Below, in pieces: positions 13,201 to 25,364 of a stretch of DNA of 64,000 nucleotides. Both the position numbers and the translations under genes were made by a program. The stretch spans positions 14,820,001-14,884,000 of the forward strand of contig CM052817.1 in assembly GCA_028534125.1 (NCBI GenBank). The letters are read 5' to 3'. Positions within the stretch are counted from its first letter, which is position 1. Every line of letters begins with the position of its first letter. Below the pieces are notes generated by a model, which worked only from the letters and a program-made list of their open reading frames with translations, had not been told where the DNA came from and ran no database searches. The DNA is from Lama glama. Lineage: Eukaryota.

Positions 13201-13589
13201 CTAGAGACTGCATTAAACTGGGAAAGAGCATCTTTGCGAAAGATTCACAAATGAACAAGACCATGTGACATTATGCACATATGCACTTACCTCTGCAGTC
13301 ATCTCTTTGCCCCTAACAAGGAGAACTTTCTACATCATGCAACTCAGTCTAGCTTAAGGGCCGGAACTTCCAGAACAAGACTTTGGCTCCAACTTTGCAT
13401 TTTTTCTAGCTAGTAGTTATCCAGACTGAATCTGGATTCCCCGAAGGCAAAAGCAAACCCATGCTAATAGAGAATGGAAGTTTTAAAATGACAGACCTTT
13501 TTAAAAAGAACTTCAGAGATAATTTTTTGGGGGGGAGGAGAGGGTGACGTTCAAGGTCAGTTACATGAGCTTAGCTCTTGTAGTATTTT

Positions 13590-14740
13590 TTTCTAGTTCG
13601 TTCTTCTCTCTTTGACCAATTTCATCCACTACTTTGACTTCAAACATCATTTACATGCTGACAAGTTCCAAGATCTGTATTTTAAATCTCAGACTTTCTT
13701 TCCCAAGTTTCTGGTTTACATTATGAACTGTTCCCTGGGCATCTCGACCTGGAGTCCTATAGACACTGAATATGAATTCACACTTGCTTTCAAGAACCTA
13801 TTCTGTCACTTTTTAAGTTCATGACCTTATCCATCCAGTCTCCTGTGTCAAAAACCTAGGAGGCATCCCAGGGTTTCCTTCTCTCTCAAATGTGATTAGT
13901 AATCATAATAAAACAAATGATATAGATATTTATAAATATTACATCTAGTCATTACAATAACTCATTGAGTAGGTATGGTTCTATTTCTTTTATAAATGAG
14001 AGGGTAAAACAATTTATGAGATCAAAAGGCAAATTAATGGCAGAACCTGGAGCCAACCCAGCTGCAAATCTAGTGTCCTTTATACTAGTCAATGTTCCGT
14101 CTTCATTCATTCACCAAGTCTTATTAGTTGTAAATTCAGGAGCATCTCTGCCTTCTAAGCTCTCCTTTTTGAACTCTGCCATGGACTTCATGCAGAACTT
14201 GATTGTCTCTCACCTAAATTTTAAAATCTCACCCTAGCTGTCCTCCATTCTTAAAACAGTTTATAGTCACACTCTACTGGGGTCATCCTTAAAAGCAAAA
14301 CCATTTGCACCATTTCCCTTTCTAAATACTTTGACTCTCACTGCATGTAAAATCAAGTCTCAAGCCTTAACATTTTGACACTCAATGCCTTTTTCAGACT
14401 CCAGCCTTACTCCAGGTTCAGAAATCTCCAAGGACGCTTTGCTCCAGAAATTCTAGACTTGCCTTTTACTTTGCCTATGTTCGCCTTTCTTCTTAGAATG
14501 CCTGCCTGCCTTCTCCCTTCTAACTATTAAAGTCTTAACGCATACTTTAAAACTAGGTCAAATGTTACCTCCTCTGTGTGGCTTCTATAAATTTAGGAAA
14601 AGCTAGTTAACTCCATCTCCTGGGCTTTTGGGGCTAATTTCTGCTTACATCTTTGCCTCTAACAATAGATCGTAAGATGCTTAAATACAGAGACTGTCTT
14701 CTCTTTGATTCCTGGTGCTATCACCTTGAGATATTCTATG
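13590..14740 (+). mobile_element. Decayed L2 LINE (RT to 3' region), with a MIR-like piece at ~13940-14080
   Basis: ORF 13612 reads FIHYFDFKHHLHADKFQDLY, resembling the L2 RT catalytic segment (HLYADDSQIY). Downstream L2-like motifs such as AGGTCAAATGTTACCTCCTCTG. Confidence 0.7.
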
Positions 14741-15607
14741 CATATCTGTTTTTATAAATGATAAAAATCATCCGTTTATCTGATTCAGATTTTTTTAAAT
14801 GTACCATTTTTATATGAAAGGGGGCTATCTCTTGACTGCATTTTGTTGATTCCATTAAGGATGGCATTAATTGTTTATAGACACCTTAGGTATATTTTGA
14901 AGCTTTTCATAAGATGAAAATCCTTTTTGTTCTTTTTAGTATGAATGAATTAGATAGACTGAATAAGATTAATATTTAAGCTGCATATTTTATATCAAAG
15001 ACAATTTAAAATTGGTTAAATGTCATGCATTAACCAGAGGAAGTAGCTAGTAAATTTGTCTGTTGGTGCCTAGATCTATAGAAAGTACTCAATTTTTAGG
15101 GCAGGCTAATACAGACATTATGGAAGTCTTTAAATTTTTCTTGCCTTTGACATACTGCAAGCATATCACTTTGCTACTTATTTTGTTCAAATCTGTGCAG
15201 AGATTAACCTACACATTACTGACACTGACATCTATTGAGCGCTTCAAGTCGTCTCTTATCACCAATTTATTTTTAGGAAGGGAAACAACTGAGATACTTT
15301 TGAAGTTGCTAAAATCTTATTTACATTAGCTTATCCAGTAGAACTTTAACAATTTAAAGGGTTTTTCCCCCCAGAAAGTAATTACAGTGATGATGTATTT
15401 TGCAATTTGTTGATGGCAAAGACATTTTCCTTAAAAAGAGTCTTGATGTACATTACTTTAAATATGGTTCTGAAATGGTGGTTGTGCAAAGTGTATTGTA
15501 CTAATTAAGCAAGCTAGAAGTACTAAGAAAATTTGTGATTATTGCATTAATTTCTGGATCAAATAAAAAAGCACAGTCAATTTTTATGGCACAATTTATT
15601 TGATACT

Positions 15608-16097
15608 TGCAGCTGCCTCTCCAGTACCCATTCACCTCTTCTCAGTAACCGCTGATTTCTGTTTGGGATTCCATGTGGTTTTAGGGAAGATACTGACTCC
15701 ATCTAGGCTGTAGGAATACAGCACATGACCTCGACCAAGCCAGCTGGAACAATGCACTGCCCTAGCCACCACGCTTGGCTCAGAAGTTGGCATGTGACCA
15801 AAGCTAGTATAATCAGAGGGAGAGAATGGAGTGACCCACAGATATGAAGTCTAGAACTCTGGAAGCCATTTTGTTTCATTAGTGAAGACTGCATGTGGGT
15901 AAGGAGGCTCTACAGATAAAGAAAGTGGTGAAAGAGTCACAGTAAGACTGAGATATAGACTGACTGCATTTTAATCAAACCATGTCTAGAGACCACTCTG
16001 TTTCTTGGTCTGTCATTGGAGCAGTCAAGACATTTCCTTATTACTTTGGTCACTTTATGTTGTTTTCTTTTACTTGAAACCAAAACCATTCTGATAC
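15608..16097 (+). mobile_element. Old MLT1 (J/K/L-like) MaLR LTR
   Basis: GGCATGTGACCAAAGCT, GAAGCCATTTTG, and 3' end TTACTTGAAACCAAAACCATTCTGATACA. Confidence 0.7.
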
Positions 16098-16887
16098 ATC
16101 CCTATTCATGTGTGGCAGAATGGATAAGATCCTTTGACTACAAGAAATATGTTTTGGTATTTAGATTTGTGGACAAATGTCTTTGATCCATAGTATTGCA
16201 AGGTAAGTAATAAAACCACTTTAGGAGGTCTCAGCTCCACAGACTGTGTGGTCAGATTGGCTCATCATACTCTCTTGTTCAGTGTCCATTCTGTTTTCTT
16301 TGCTAGGCAGCACCACCCTTGACAAACTCAAGAGTAAATGATGTCAGAGTTGATCTAATAATACTGCTTATGCTATATGATAACCTACATGCACCATCAG
16401 GGGTATTAGGAGCTCGACTGAGCTGGAAAAAAGAGAGCTGAGCTGGTAGGTGTCAGAGTAACTGATTCATGCAACAATCCAAAGAGTTAAGTCTTTAACC
16501 ACTTGCTGAGATAATGTAAGCAAGAGGCTAAAATCAGAGAAATTGCCAACTCCTCCTGTTCCATTTTCCCCCATGAATCCAGAGTTGAGTGGATCACTGC
16601 AGATATGAAGGATTGTCTCACTGTTGAGGGAACCTTGAACAAAAGCCTTTGGCACTTTTGTGGACCTCAGGTGGGGGAAGCACTACAGGTGGAAAAGTAT
16701 TGGATATGAGAGTAAGGAAATGTATCTTCAAGGTCTGCATTTTCACCCTATAAGAAGACCTTGGCAGAGGCACCTGAAGGGGACCTCAGCCGAAGTCTTC
16801 TGATAAGGAAACCTAGGAATATAGGAGCCTGGTCTAGAACTGCAGGTAAACGAAAGTATGACCAGTGGGAACCTGGGGGCCTAAGTT

Positions 16888-18510
16888 TTTTTTTTTAATA
16901 TATTTTTATTGAAGTACAGTCAGTTTACAATGTTGTGTCAGTTTCTGGTGTACAGCACAATGCTTCAGTCACATAGGAACATACATACATTCAGTCTCAT
17001 ATTCTTCTTCACCATAGATTACTACAAGATATTGAATATAGTTCCCTGTGCTATACAGTATAAACTTGTTGTTTATCTATTTTATATATAGTGGTTAGTA
17101 TCTGCAAATCTCAAACTCCAAATTTATCCCTTCCCACCCCTTTTCCCCCGGTAACCATAAGTTTGTTTTCTATGTCTGTAAGTCTGTTTCTGTTTTGTAA
17201 ATAAGTTTGTTTTTTTAGATTCCACTTATAAGTGATATCATGTGGTATTTTTCTTTCTCTTTTTGGGTTACTTCACTTAGAATGAAATTTTCCAGGTTCA
17301 TCCATGTCACTGCAAATGACATTATTTTATTCTTTTTTATGACTGAGTAGTATTCTGTTGTATAAATATACCACAGCTTCTTTATGCAGTCATCTGTTGA
17401 TGGACATTTAGGTTGTTTCCATGTCTTGGCTATTGCAAATAGTGCTGCTATGAACATCGGGGTGCATGTGTCTTTTTGAATTAAGGATCCCCCTGTATAT
17501 ATGCCCATGAGTGGAATTGCTGGATAATATGGTAAGTCTGTTTTTAGTGTTTTGAGTAATCGCCATACTATTATCCATAACGGCTGTACCAAACTACATT
17601 CCCACCAACAGTGTAGAAGGGTTCCCTTTTCTCCACACCCTCTCCACCATTTATCATTTATGGACTTTTGAATGATGGCCATTCTGGTTGGTGTAAGGTG
17701 GTACCTCATTGCAATTTTGATTTGCATTTCTCTGGTAATAAACGATATTGAGGATTTTTTTCATGTGCCTATTGGCCATTCGTATGTCTTCATTGGAGAA
17801 TTGCTTGTTTAGGTTTTCTGCCCATTTTTGGATTGGGTTGTTTGTTTTTTTCTTACTAAGCTGAATGAGCTGTTTATATATTCTGGAAATTAAGCCCTTG
17901 TCAATCCCATCTTTTGCCAATATTTTCTCCTATTCCATAGGTTGTATTTCTATTTTGCTTCTGGTTTCCTTTGCTGTGCAAAAGCTTGTGAGTTTAATTA
18001 GGTCCCATTTGTTTATTTTTGCTTTTATTTCTATTGCTTGGGTAGACTGCCTTAGGAAAACATTGCTGAGATTTATGTCAGATAATGTTTTGCTTATGTT
18101 TTCTTCTAAGAAGTTTATAGTGTCTTGTCTTATGTTTAAATCTTTAAGCCATTTTGAGTTTATTTTGGTGCATGGTGTGAGGGAGTATTCTAACTTCACT
18201 GATTTACATGCAGCTCTCCAATTTTCCCAACATCATTTACTGAAGAGATTTCTTTACCCCATTGTATGTTCTTGCCTCCTTTGTCAAAGATTAATTGACC
18301 AAAATTATGTGGGTTTATTTCTGGGCTCTCTATTCTGTTCCATTCATCCATTTGCCTGTTTTTGTACCAATACCATAGTATTTTGATTACTGTAGTTCTG
18401 TAGTATTGTCTGAAGTCTGGGAGGGTTATTCCACCAGCTTCATTCTTTTTCTTCAGTAATGCTTTGGCAATTCTGGGTCTTTTGTGGTTCCACATAAATT
18501 TTAGGATTAT
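16888..18510 (-). mobile_element. 5'-truncated lineage-specific L1 (ORF2 C-terminus, 3'UTR, poly-A)
   Basis: Poly-T at ~16886-16896 and L1 ORF2 peptides. 15-bp TSD CTGGGGGCCTAAGTT (16873-16887) / CTGGGGGCCTGAGTT (18511-18525). Confidence 0.95.
17215..18510 (-). pseudogene. Disrupted L1 ORF2p C-terminal coding remnant
   Basis: Four broken ORFs carry ORF2 motifs: [13 protein letters not shown]...[33 protein letters not shown], and the Cys-rich HCWWEC...CTPMFIAAL...CPS. Confidence 0.92.
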
Positions 18511-19171
18511 CTGGGGGCCTGAGTTCTTGACTGCAACTCCGTACAGAGATTGCAGTGCTCTGGCTGTGCACCAAAGTCTGGCATTGAGAGGGCAGTTTTC
18601 CCTCATGAGACCTGCCAGGTGAGACCTTTGTAATTGGCTATGGTGAAGCCTGAAAAATCACACATTGTTTTATAGTCAGAAGCTGGACTCCTCAAGAGGA
18701 AAGCCAGATGATTTTTTTGTTCTAAGATCCTAAGCATTTTCATGAACAGTATTTAATGTAATATTTGAGACCCTAATATGTCACATGAATCAGAATTAAG
18801 TTATACATTGTTTGAAAACTCCTGCATTTGTGGGTTTTTATTATTCCATGTTAGAAGCCTTTGGGTTCAAAGACTTTTAAGTAGGTTACAATTTGCATGG
18901 CAAAGTGAAACTCAGTAGACAATACTCAGGAGGAAATCAGCCATTCTGTAATCAACAAAACTTGGTGTCACAGTTTCTAAAATTTAAACATCTAAAGAAT
19001 AAAGAGAGCCCTGATAATTTGCTCCCTGGATAGTCATGCAACCCCTAAATCTTCAATATTTCATTTCAGTGGGCAAACACTATAATCCCTGTACAGACCT
19101 TAAATGTTTTATCTGATAAGTATTACAAATTCTCCGAAACATATGACGTCAACACTCCTTTCAAATGGCTT

Positions 19172-19307
19172 AAGAAAAAAAAATTCTTTGGCAGGGGGAG
19201 GTAATTAGATTTGTTTATTTATTTATTTTCAGAGAAGGTACTGGGATTGAACCCAGGACCTCATGCATGCTACGCAACTGCTCTACCACTTGAGCTATAC
19301 CCTCCCC
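19172..19307 (-). mobile_element. tRNA-Ala-derived SINE (Vic-1-like)
   Basis: Antisense head ...GAGCTATACCCTCCCC. TSD TCAAATGGCTT at 19161-19171 and 19310-19320. Confidence 0.9.
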
Positions 19308-20416
19308 TCTCAAATGGCTTTTTGGAGTTTACTGACTCATAAGGTCTACTTTCCCCATCTCTTGCTGAACACCATGAAATGTCAACTTTCTGAGCATCAT
19401 GAGGTCTCCTTCCCTGGTGATCACAAGGCAGATCTTAACAGGAGTAGGACTTCTTGCATACCCTGGGTATTAGAAAAACCTCCAAAACTAAACAAACAAA
19501 AACCTTTCAGCTTTGATGTGTTAAACTGGGTTGTGAATTAAGCTATAGCACACAGAATGAGTACACATCCAGTAAGATGCTGCGTGTCTCTGTGTGACTC
19601 TAAAAATATAGGAAATAAACAAAAAAATTCTATTTTTCTCACATAATTTTAAGCTCGGATATGATAAACTTAACTTTTTGCAGCTAAGAACAAATCATAG
19701 GGTAATTAATGGATAAAAGGTTTGGCCTAAAGTGAGGGTCATAAAAAGAGTGAAAAAAAATGTTTATGTTATGTATATTTTACCACAATAAAAAAAAAAA
19801 TCTTTCCTAATAGCAAAAAGCCCAGATTTTAAAATAAAAGGTGAAGGAAGGGGAGAGTTGAATTAAACAAAATTTCTTTTCAGTTTAAAAACTTATTTTT
19901 GAATTTCATTTTTTCCCACAGCAATTTTTCAATTTTGAATATTAAAAAAAATATTCTGTATTTCAAAATCTGATTTAAAAATTGAGAAATTTATTGGTTC
20001 TAACATCTCACACCATTTCCAGTTTTCACAAGTTTAGTATTTTATTTTGATATATTCTGGTTTATATTTTATAACATTATTAATTGTCAAGTTTGAAATT
20101 CTATAACATTAAAATAGTAGATATTTGTATATAACCTGTGACTTGTAAGTTCTACATTTTGTTTATTGGTAATTAAAATAAGAATATGTATATAATATTA
20201 AATAAATGATATATCTATATATTATATAAATATATACTAGTAAATTCTGTATGTATATAAATGAAGTCTTACATTGTGGTCTTGAGTCAAATAATATTTC
20301 AGTCAAAGTCTCAACTGCCTGTATTTCCATGGATTGTTCTCTGTCAATCATTGCAATTCTAAGATGCAAGATACATCCTTGAGTCTCCACCAGGAAAATT
20401 TGAAGATTTGGTCTGG

Positions 20417-20912
20417 TTATATTAGTTATTTATTGTTGCATAACAAATTACCGCAAATCTCTGGGCTAAAGATGACAAGCATCTGAACGTCAGAGACTCT
20501 GGGAGCAACTTAGCTGGGTGGTTCTGGCTCCAAGTCTCATGAAATTCCATTTGGGATGCCAACCAGATCTGCAGTCACCTGCATGTTTGAGGTGGGTGGG
20601 AGGATTCACTTTCAACACTTTGTCAAGGAGCTCTTGGCTGGATGCCTCCATTCTTCATTGGCTGATGGCAGGAGGCCTCAGTTCCCGGCCATATGGGCCT
20701 CTCCATGTCAGTTAACATCCCTCAGAGGAGGGAGAAAGCCACATGCCTTTTATGACCTGGTCTTGGGAGTCACACAGAATCACTTCCATCATGTTCTGCT
20801 TGGTAGAAGTCAGTCACTAAGTCCAGCATTACTCCAGGGGAAGGGGATTAAGCTTCAAATTCTAGAGGATGGAGAATTAAAGAATCTGTGGATGTGTTTT
20901 AGAACCACCGCA
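20417..20912 (-). mobile_element. MLT1 (F/G-like) MaLR LTR
   Basis: TATTAGTTATTTATTGTTGCATAACAAATTACC ... TTTAGAACCACCGCA. Similar to the copy at 12153. Confidence 0.8.
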
Positions 20913-21487
20913 TTGTTATTGGGTCAAGGTAGTACTAATTTGGAAGATCATTGGATTTATATGCTGCAAACCTTGATATTATAATCCAGAGCATGAGAAG
21001 TTAACATGTAAAGAAATACATATTATGAAATGAAAAAAATTGTACCCCCTAGAAAAGAGCACTGTTAAATCACTGTTAGAAACATCAATTAGCTAGGATA
21101 GTTACTCTCAACCTTAAGATTTAAATTTTTAAGCCTAGAAGGATTTAAAATTAAGTATAAAACACATAAGAGAATCAGAACCGTGTGTTAATATTTTTGA
21201 TTAAGAAAATGGCTATGCATATTTGAAATTTTATATACTGTAATGTGTAGGAGCGGCCTGTTGTATTCCCAAACCTTTAACTATAATTTGAAATACGCAT
21301 TTAGGAACTAGTTTAGACTCATAATGTTTGGATAAAACCTTACAAATAATTCTCAGTAATGAAATAGCTAAGAGAATTTAGGTTTATTATGTTTAAAAAT
21401 TTGATTTATTGGGTTTGTGAGAATTATTGAGCACTTGGATTTTTTTCCCTTAACTCAGGCAGTTGAAGTTTTTAAAGAGCAAATGCT

Positions 21488-21596
21488 CAGGTGCCTTGAT
21501 CTTGGACTTTGCAGTCTCTAGAACTGTGAGAAATACATGTTGTTTAAGCCCCAGCCTAAATATTTTTGTTATATCAACCCAAACAGACACTGAACA
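21488..21596 (+). mobile_element. MLT1A/B-like LTR 3' fragment
   Basis: CCTTGATCTTGGACTTTGCAGTCTCTAGAACTGTGAGAAATAC...TTGTTTAAGCC. Confidence 0.75.
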
Positions 21597-22242
21597 ATCT
21601 ATAAAGCGGACACTAATATGTAAAATGCTGTCTGGATGTCTGAGGCCAGCTTCCTCTCCCTTTCAGACCTCTGGTTATTCCTACGTGGTCTTTCCATGGC
21701 CTCCTAGACCCTCGCTCCTGCCCTAGTCCAGGCGTCCAAGTCAGTGGCACTTGTAGGCAGAAATAAAATAACAGAAGAAGGAGAAGATGATTGTTCTAAG
21801 CCTGGACTTTCTGATCTAACAGCTTCTTATTGTGCATGCTCCCCCACTTCTGCTGCGTAAAATTTGGAGAAGCCAGAACAAGTATGATGCAGAAACCACT
21901 GGTAAGGTGGGATTTCTTATCTGCCTGCAGACTGACTTGACTGATGTTCCCTAGTAGATTGGACGCTTCCATGTCCTACTTAATTGTAGGCCTATTCTCT
22001 GGATGGTCCCAAGCTTTTCCCTGTCCAAAGGCAAATGCTTTACTGTAGGGGAAAAAAAAACGTTGCAAGAATACTTGCTGGAGAGTTTCTCTTAACAGTC
22101 TAAGATCAAGATTTTCATTTTAAGGGCAAATTTTCTATACACAGACATAAAAGATAATTTTTAACTATGTACCTCATACCACTGCAAGAACTTTGAAAAT
22201 GTAGAATTGAAACACTATGATATTAAAAAAGGACTATGTGCC

Positions 22243-22745
22243 TGTTGTCAGTTAAAAAATGATTCTCCCAAAGATATCAGGTCCTGATTCCTGGAACCCA
22301 TAAATGTTACTTTATATGGCAAAGCTTTTGCAGATGTGGTTATATGAAGAATGCTGAAGTGATGAGAGAATCCTGAATTATCCAGGTGGACCCTAAATGC
22401 AATCACATGTATCCTTGAGAGAGGGAAGCAGAGGGAGATTTTACCGCACACAGAGGACAAAGATATGTGAAGACAGAGCAGAGAGGGAATGGAAGATTGT
22501 GGCTTTGAAAATTGGAGTCATGTGGCTCAAGACAAGGCAGACTGGCAGCTACCTGAAGCTGGAAGAGGCAAGGAACAGATTCGCCCTTCCAGCCTTTGGA
22601 AGGAGCAGGGTCCTGCAGACACTTTGCTTTTGGTCCAGTAAAACTGGTTTCTGATTCTTGGCCTTCAGAACTATGGGAAAATAAATTTATGTTGTAAACC
22701 ACTATATGTTGCTAATTGATTACAGAAACCATAGGAAACAAATCA
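22243..22745 (+). mobile_element. MLT1C/D MaLR LTR
   Basis: TTATCCAGGTGGACCCTAAATGCAATCAC, GAAGCTGGAAGAGGCAAGGAACAGATTC, and 3' end CATAGGAAACAAATCA. Confidence 0.88.
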
Positions 22746-23262
22746 GGTAACTTTGCAACAAAACAGGCTGTGAGAGGCCTGAAGTATTTCCAGCTAACAT
22801 GGTGAACATGGGAAATGTAATTCAAAGGACCATGGGGCTCAGACCATATGCAGTCATCACCAGATGGGCCTCACTGGTTCCAGCACGTAGTCACAGTTTC
22901 CCTCTAGCACCTGGCAGGCAGGTGGCAGCCACTGTCAAACCTGCATCACCATTCCAAGTTCATTTTCAGCATGAGAGTGGGTTGGCAACCCTGGACTCCA
23001 TGTCAACACATCTCTACAGCCAGGATCTGTGTAAAGAAATTCCAGAGAGAGACCTGCCTTGCCCCAGGCTGGCCAGGTCCTAGAACTGGATGGTGTAGTG
23101 GACCATGCTTGTGGCTACATCAGTCTCATTGAAAGCCTGCTCTGAGCAATGAGCAAGAAAGCCATGGAAAATGAGGCAAATTGTGTTTCAACCACTCCCC
23201 AAACAAGGAGCAAATAAAAAAATGACCTTTAAAACCTCCAAAGTTTAGAACGGAATAATCTT

Positions 23263-24330
23263 GCCCCTAGCATTGTGGCTCCATGGAGCAAGAGCACAGT
23301 TTTAGTTTTATTTACCATTAGATTTAAAGATTTAAAGGTCATAAATTAAGCTAACCAGCTATTATGTAAACATGTTCTAATTGCTTACCTTGACAAATAC
23401 ACTTTTACAATAAGAAACTCAAATATATGTGTAAAACTATAGTTTTTATGTGATTATAGCAAAATGGTGAAGACAACCCAATTTAGTGTTAGTTGTGTAT
23501 GTCTGGATGTTATGTTGATTGAATGGTTGTGTTTGGATGACTGATGAAATAAAAATTCATAAATTATTATGTATTTATTCCATGAAATTTATTTCTCTTG
23601 ACTCCATTTCAGTAATATCAATAATTATGTTATTATAATCATTATTTTTTCCTTTGGGCTATTTTCTATTAATAGGAGTTATATAAAAGATTAACTAATT
23701 CTGTTGCATTCAAAATGAATAAATTTCAATATATTTTCATACACTATAAAGTAAATATAAGATATCAAAAATTTAAATAATTTTTATAAGTTTTCAGAAA
23801 GTTATTTTTATTCTAGGTTATTTAAAACCAGAATACAAATACAAATCATAATAAACATCAACATTTTAACTCAGAATTATTAAAGTTGAAATTTGTTCAT
23901 TTTTGAAAATAATGACTGTCATACTATATACATTTACAAAAATAAAACTATTAACATTCCTTCTATTGACTGTCAAATTGCTAATGTAAAGATTGTCAAG
24001 CTTCACACATTTATATCTCAAATTACATAATGGATTTGAGAGCAATATTAGTTACTGTTACGAAATGTCCATCAGCTGCCGTGTGCACTGTTGCAAATAT
24101 TATGCTAATTAATTCCTAAGTGCATACTGAAACACTGATTGGAAGTGGTACTTTGTTATGCGAGTATCTATGGCATTCATGCTGAGAGATCTGATAGATT
24201 AATTTGACTCCCTGAGAGGAAATCCTTCCGGCACATGGAAGCATTGTCTGTCTGCAACATCGTCTGTCTGCAACATCGTCAGCTTTATGATCACACATTT
24301 TCATTCCTATCCCTACCACTAGGGGCACAA
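23263..24330 (-). mobile_element. Ancient hAT (Tip100-like) DNA transposon remnant
   Basis: Minus strand 23581-23640 translates DYNNIIIDITEMESREINFM, preceded by LLLIEN, resembling the C-terminus of hAT-Tip100 transposases. An 8-bp inverted pair GCCCCTAG / CTAGGGGC lies near the ends. Boundaries are tentative. Confidence 0.5.
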
Positions 24331-25364
24331 AGGAAGAGATGTGGAAGAGCATTTCCCTGCGCCCTGAACATCGTTATTCGTAAGAGAGACTGTTCAGCAT
24401 CTATCAGCAGGAAGTGATGCAGGAGCCCAGGTTCTGTTTAATTCTTTAGGGGGTTAGCATCCTTTGTGACCTTCTAAACCACAAGGTGTAGGGCAGGAGT
24501 CCTCACTGCCCAGGCTTAAGGGCACTACTGGAAGGGAATTCCCCAGGTTTTCTCTTCCCAGTTGTACGCAGCTCTAGTCTAGAAGAAAGAGAAAATGCCA
24601 TGGGGTTACCCCAAATTTCAAAGACCTGCCTTTTGACACAGCACAACTAAGCTCAGAACTACAGTATAAACTAGAAAACCACTGGCGATTTTGTAACTTG
24701 TCTTTACCTTGCTTGCTTTTGTAGTTGGCTTGCTTGCTTTTGTAGTTGGAAATCTTCCCTCCTGCTGCTTCTCATCATGTCCAATTTCCTCAAGTTATAT
24801 TTAAAATGATAGTGAGAAATGATAATCCTTGGAAGGACATATTTATAGTTAAAGTATGTGTGTATATATATATATAATATATTCTTTATATTATATATAT
24901 ATATAAAAGAATACATGGTAAAATATGTGGATTTGTAAATTTTCAGAGGGTAGACTGACAGGGTTATCAGTCCTCTTGTAAACAACAGAGTTACAAGTTG
25001 AATACTTGAAAAGTTAAAAATCTCAAATAACAAAGAGATTCTTAATATTTTACTCCCCTGGACAAATCCTGTGATTTATTTCAAATCTATGTTAAAACAG
25101 TCCTTTTGAAATTTGGTAATTTTTGATGATATGATTAACTTTCCCCTCCCCTGATAAGAATCCTGTTGTCTCAGGGATCTTTCTCTCTTGCAGATCACAA
25201 GAAAAATCCTGAAGAGGGTCTTAAGCATAGTCAAGTATATAAAATAATTTATAATTTTGCTGTGTTAAAGAGCTACGAGATAGTCCCAGGTGCGAGAGCT
25301 CTCCTTCTTCTCTGCAATGCAATTCTTATAAATGGGACAAATCAATTGCAAGTGTCTTAAAATT

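Noticed and set aside
17865..18386. 173-aa hydrophobic ORF, the longest in the window
   Set aside because: It is the antisense of L1 ORF2. T-rich antisense L1 routinely yields such ORFs.
20163..20390. Possible minus-strand exon (ETQGCILHLRIAMIDREQ..., donor-like GTAAGA)
   Set aside because: No recognisable homology, a weak donor, no clear acceptor, and an MLT1 lies immediately upstream.
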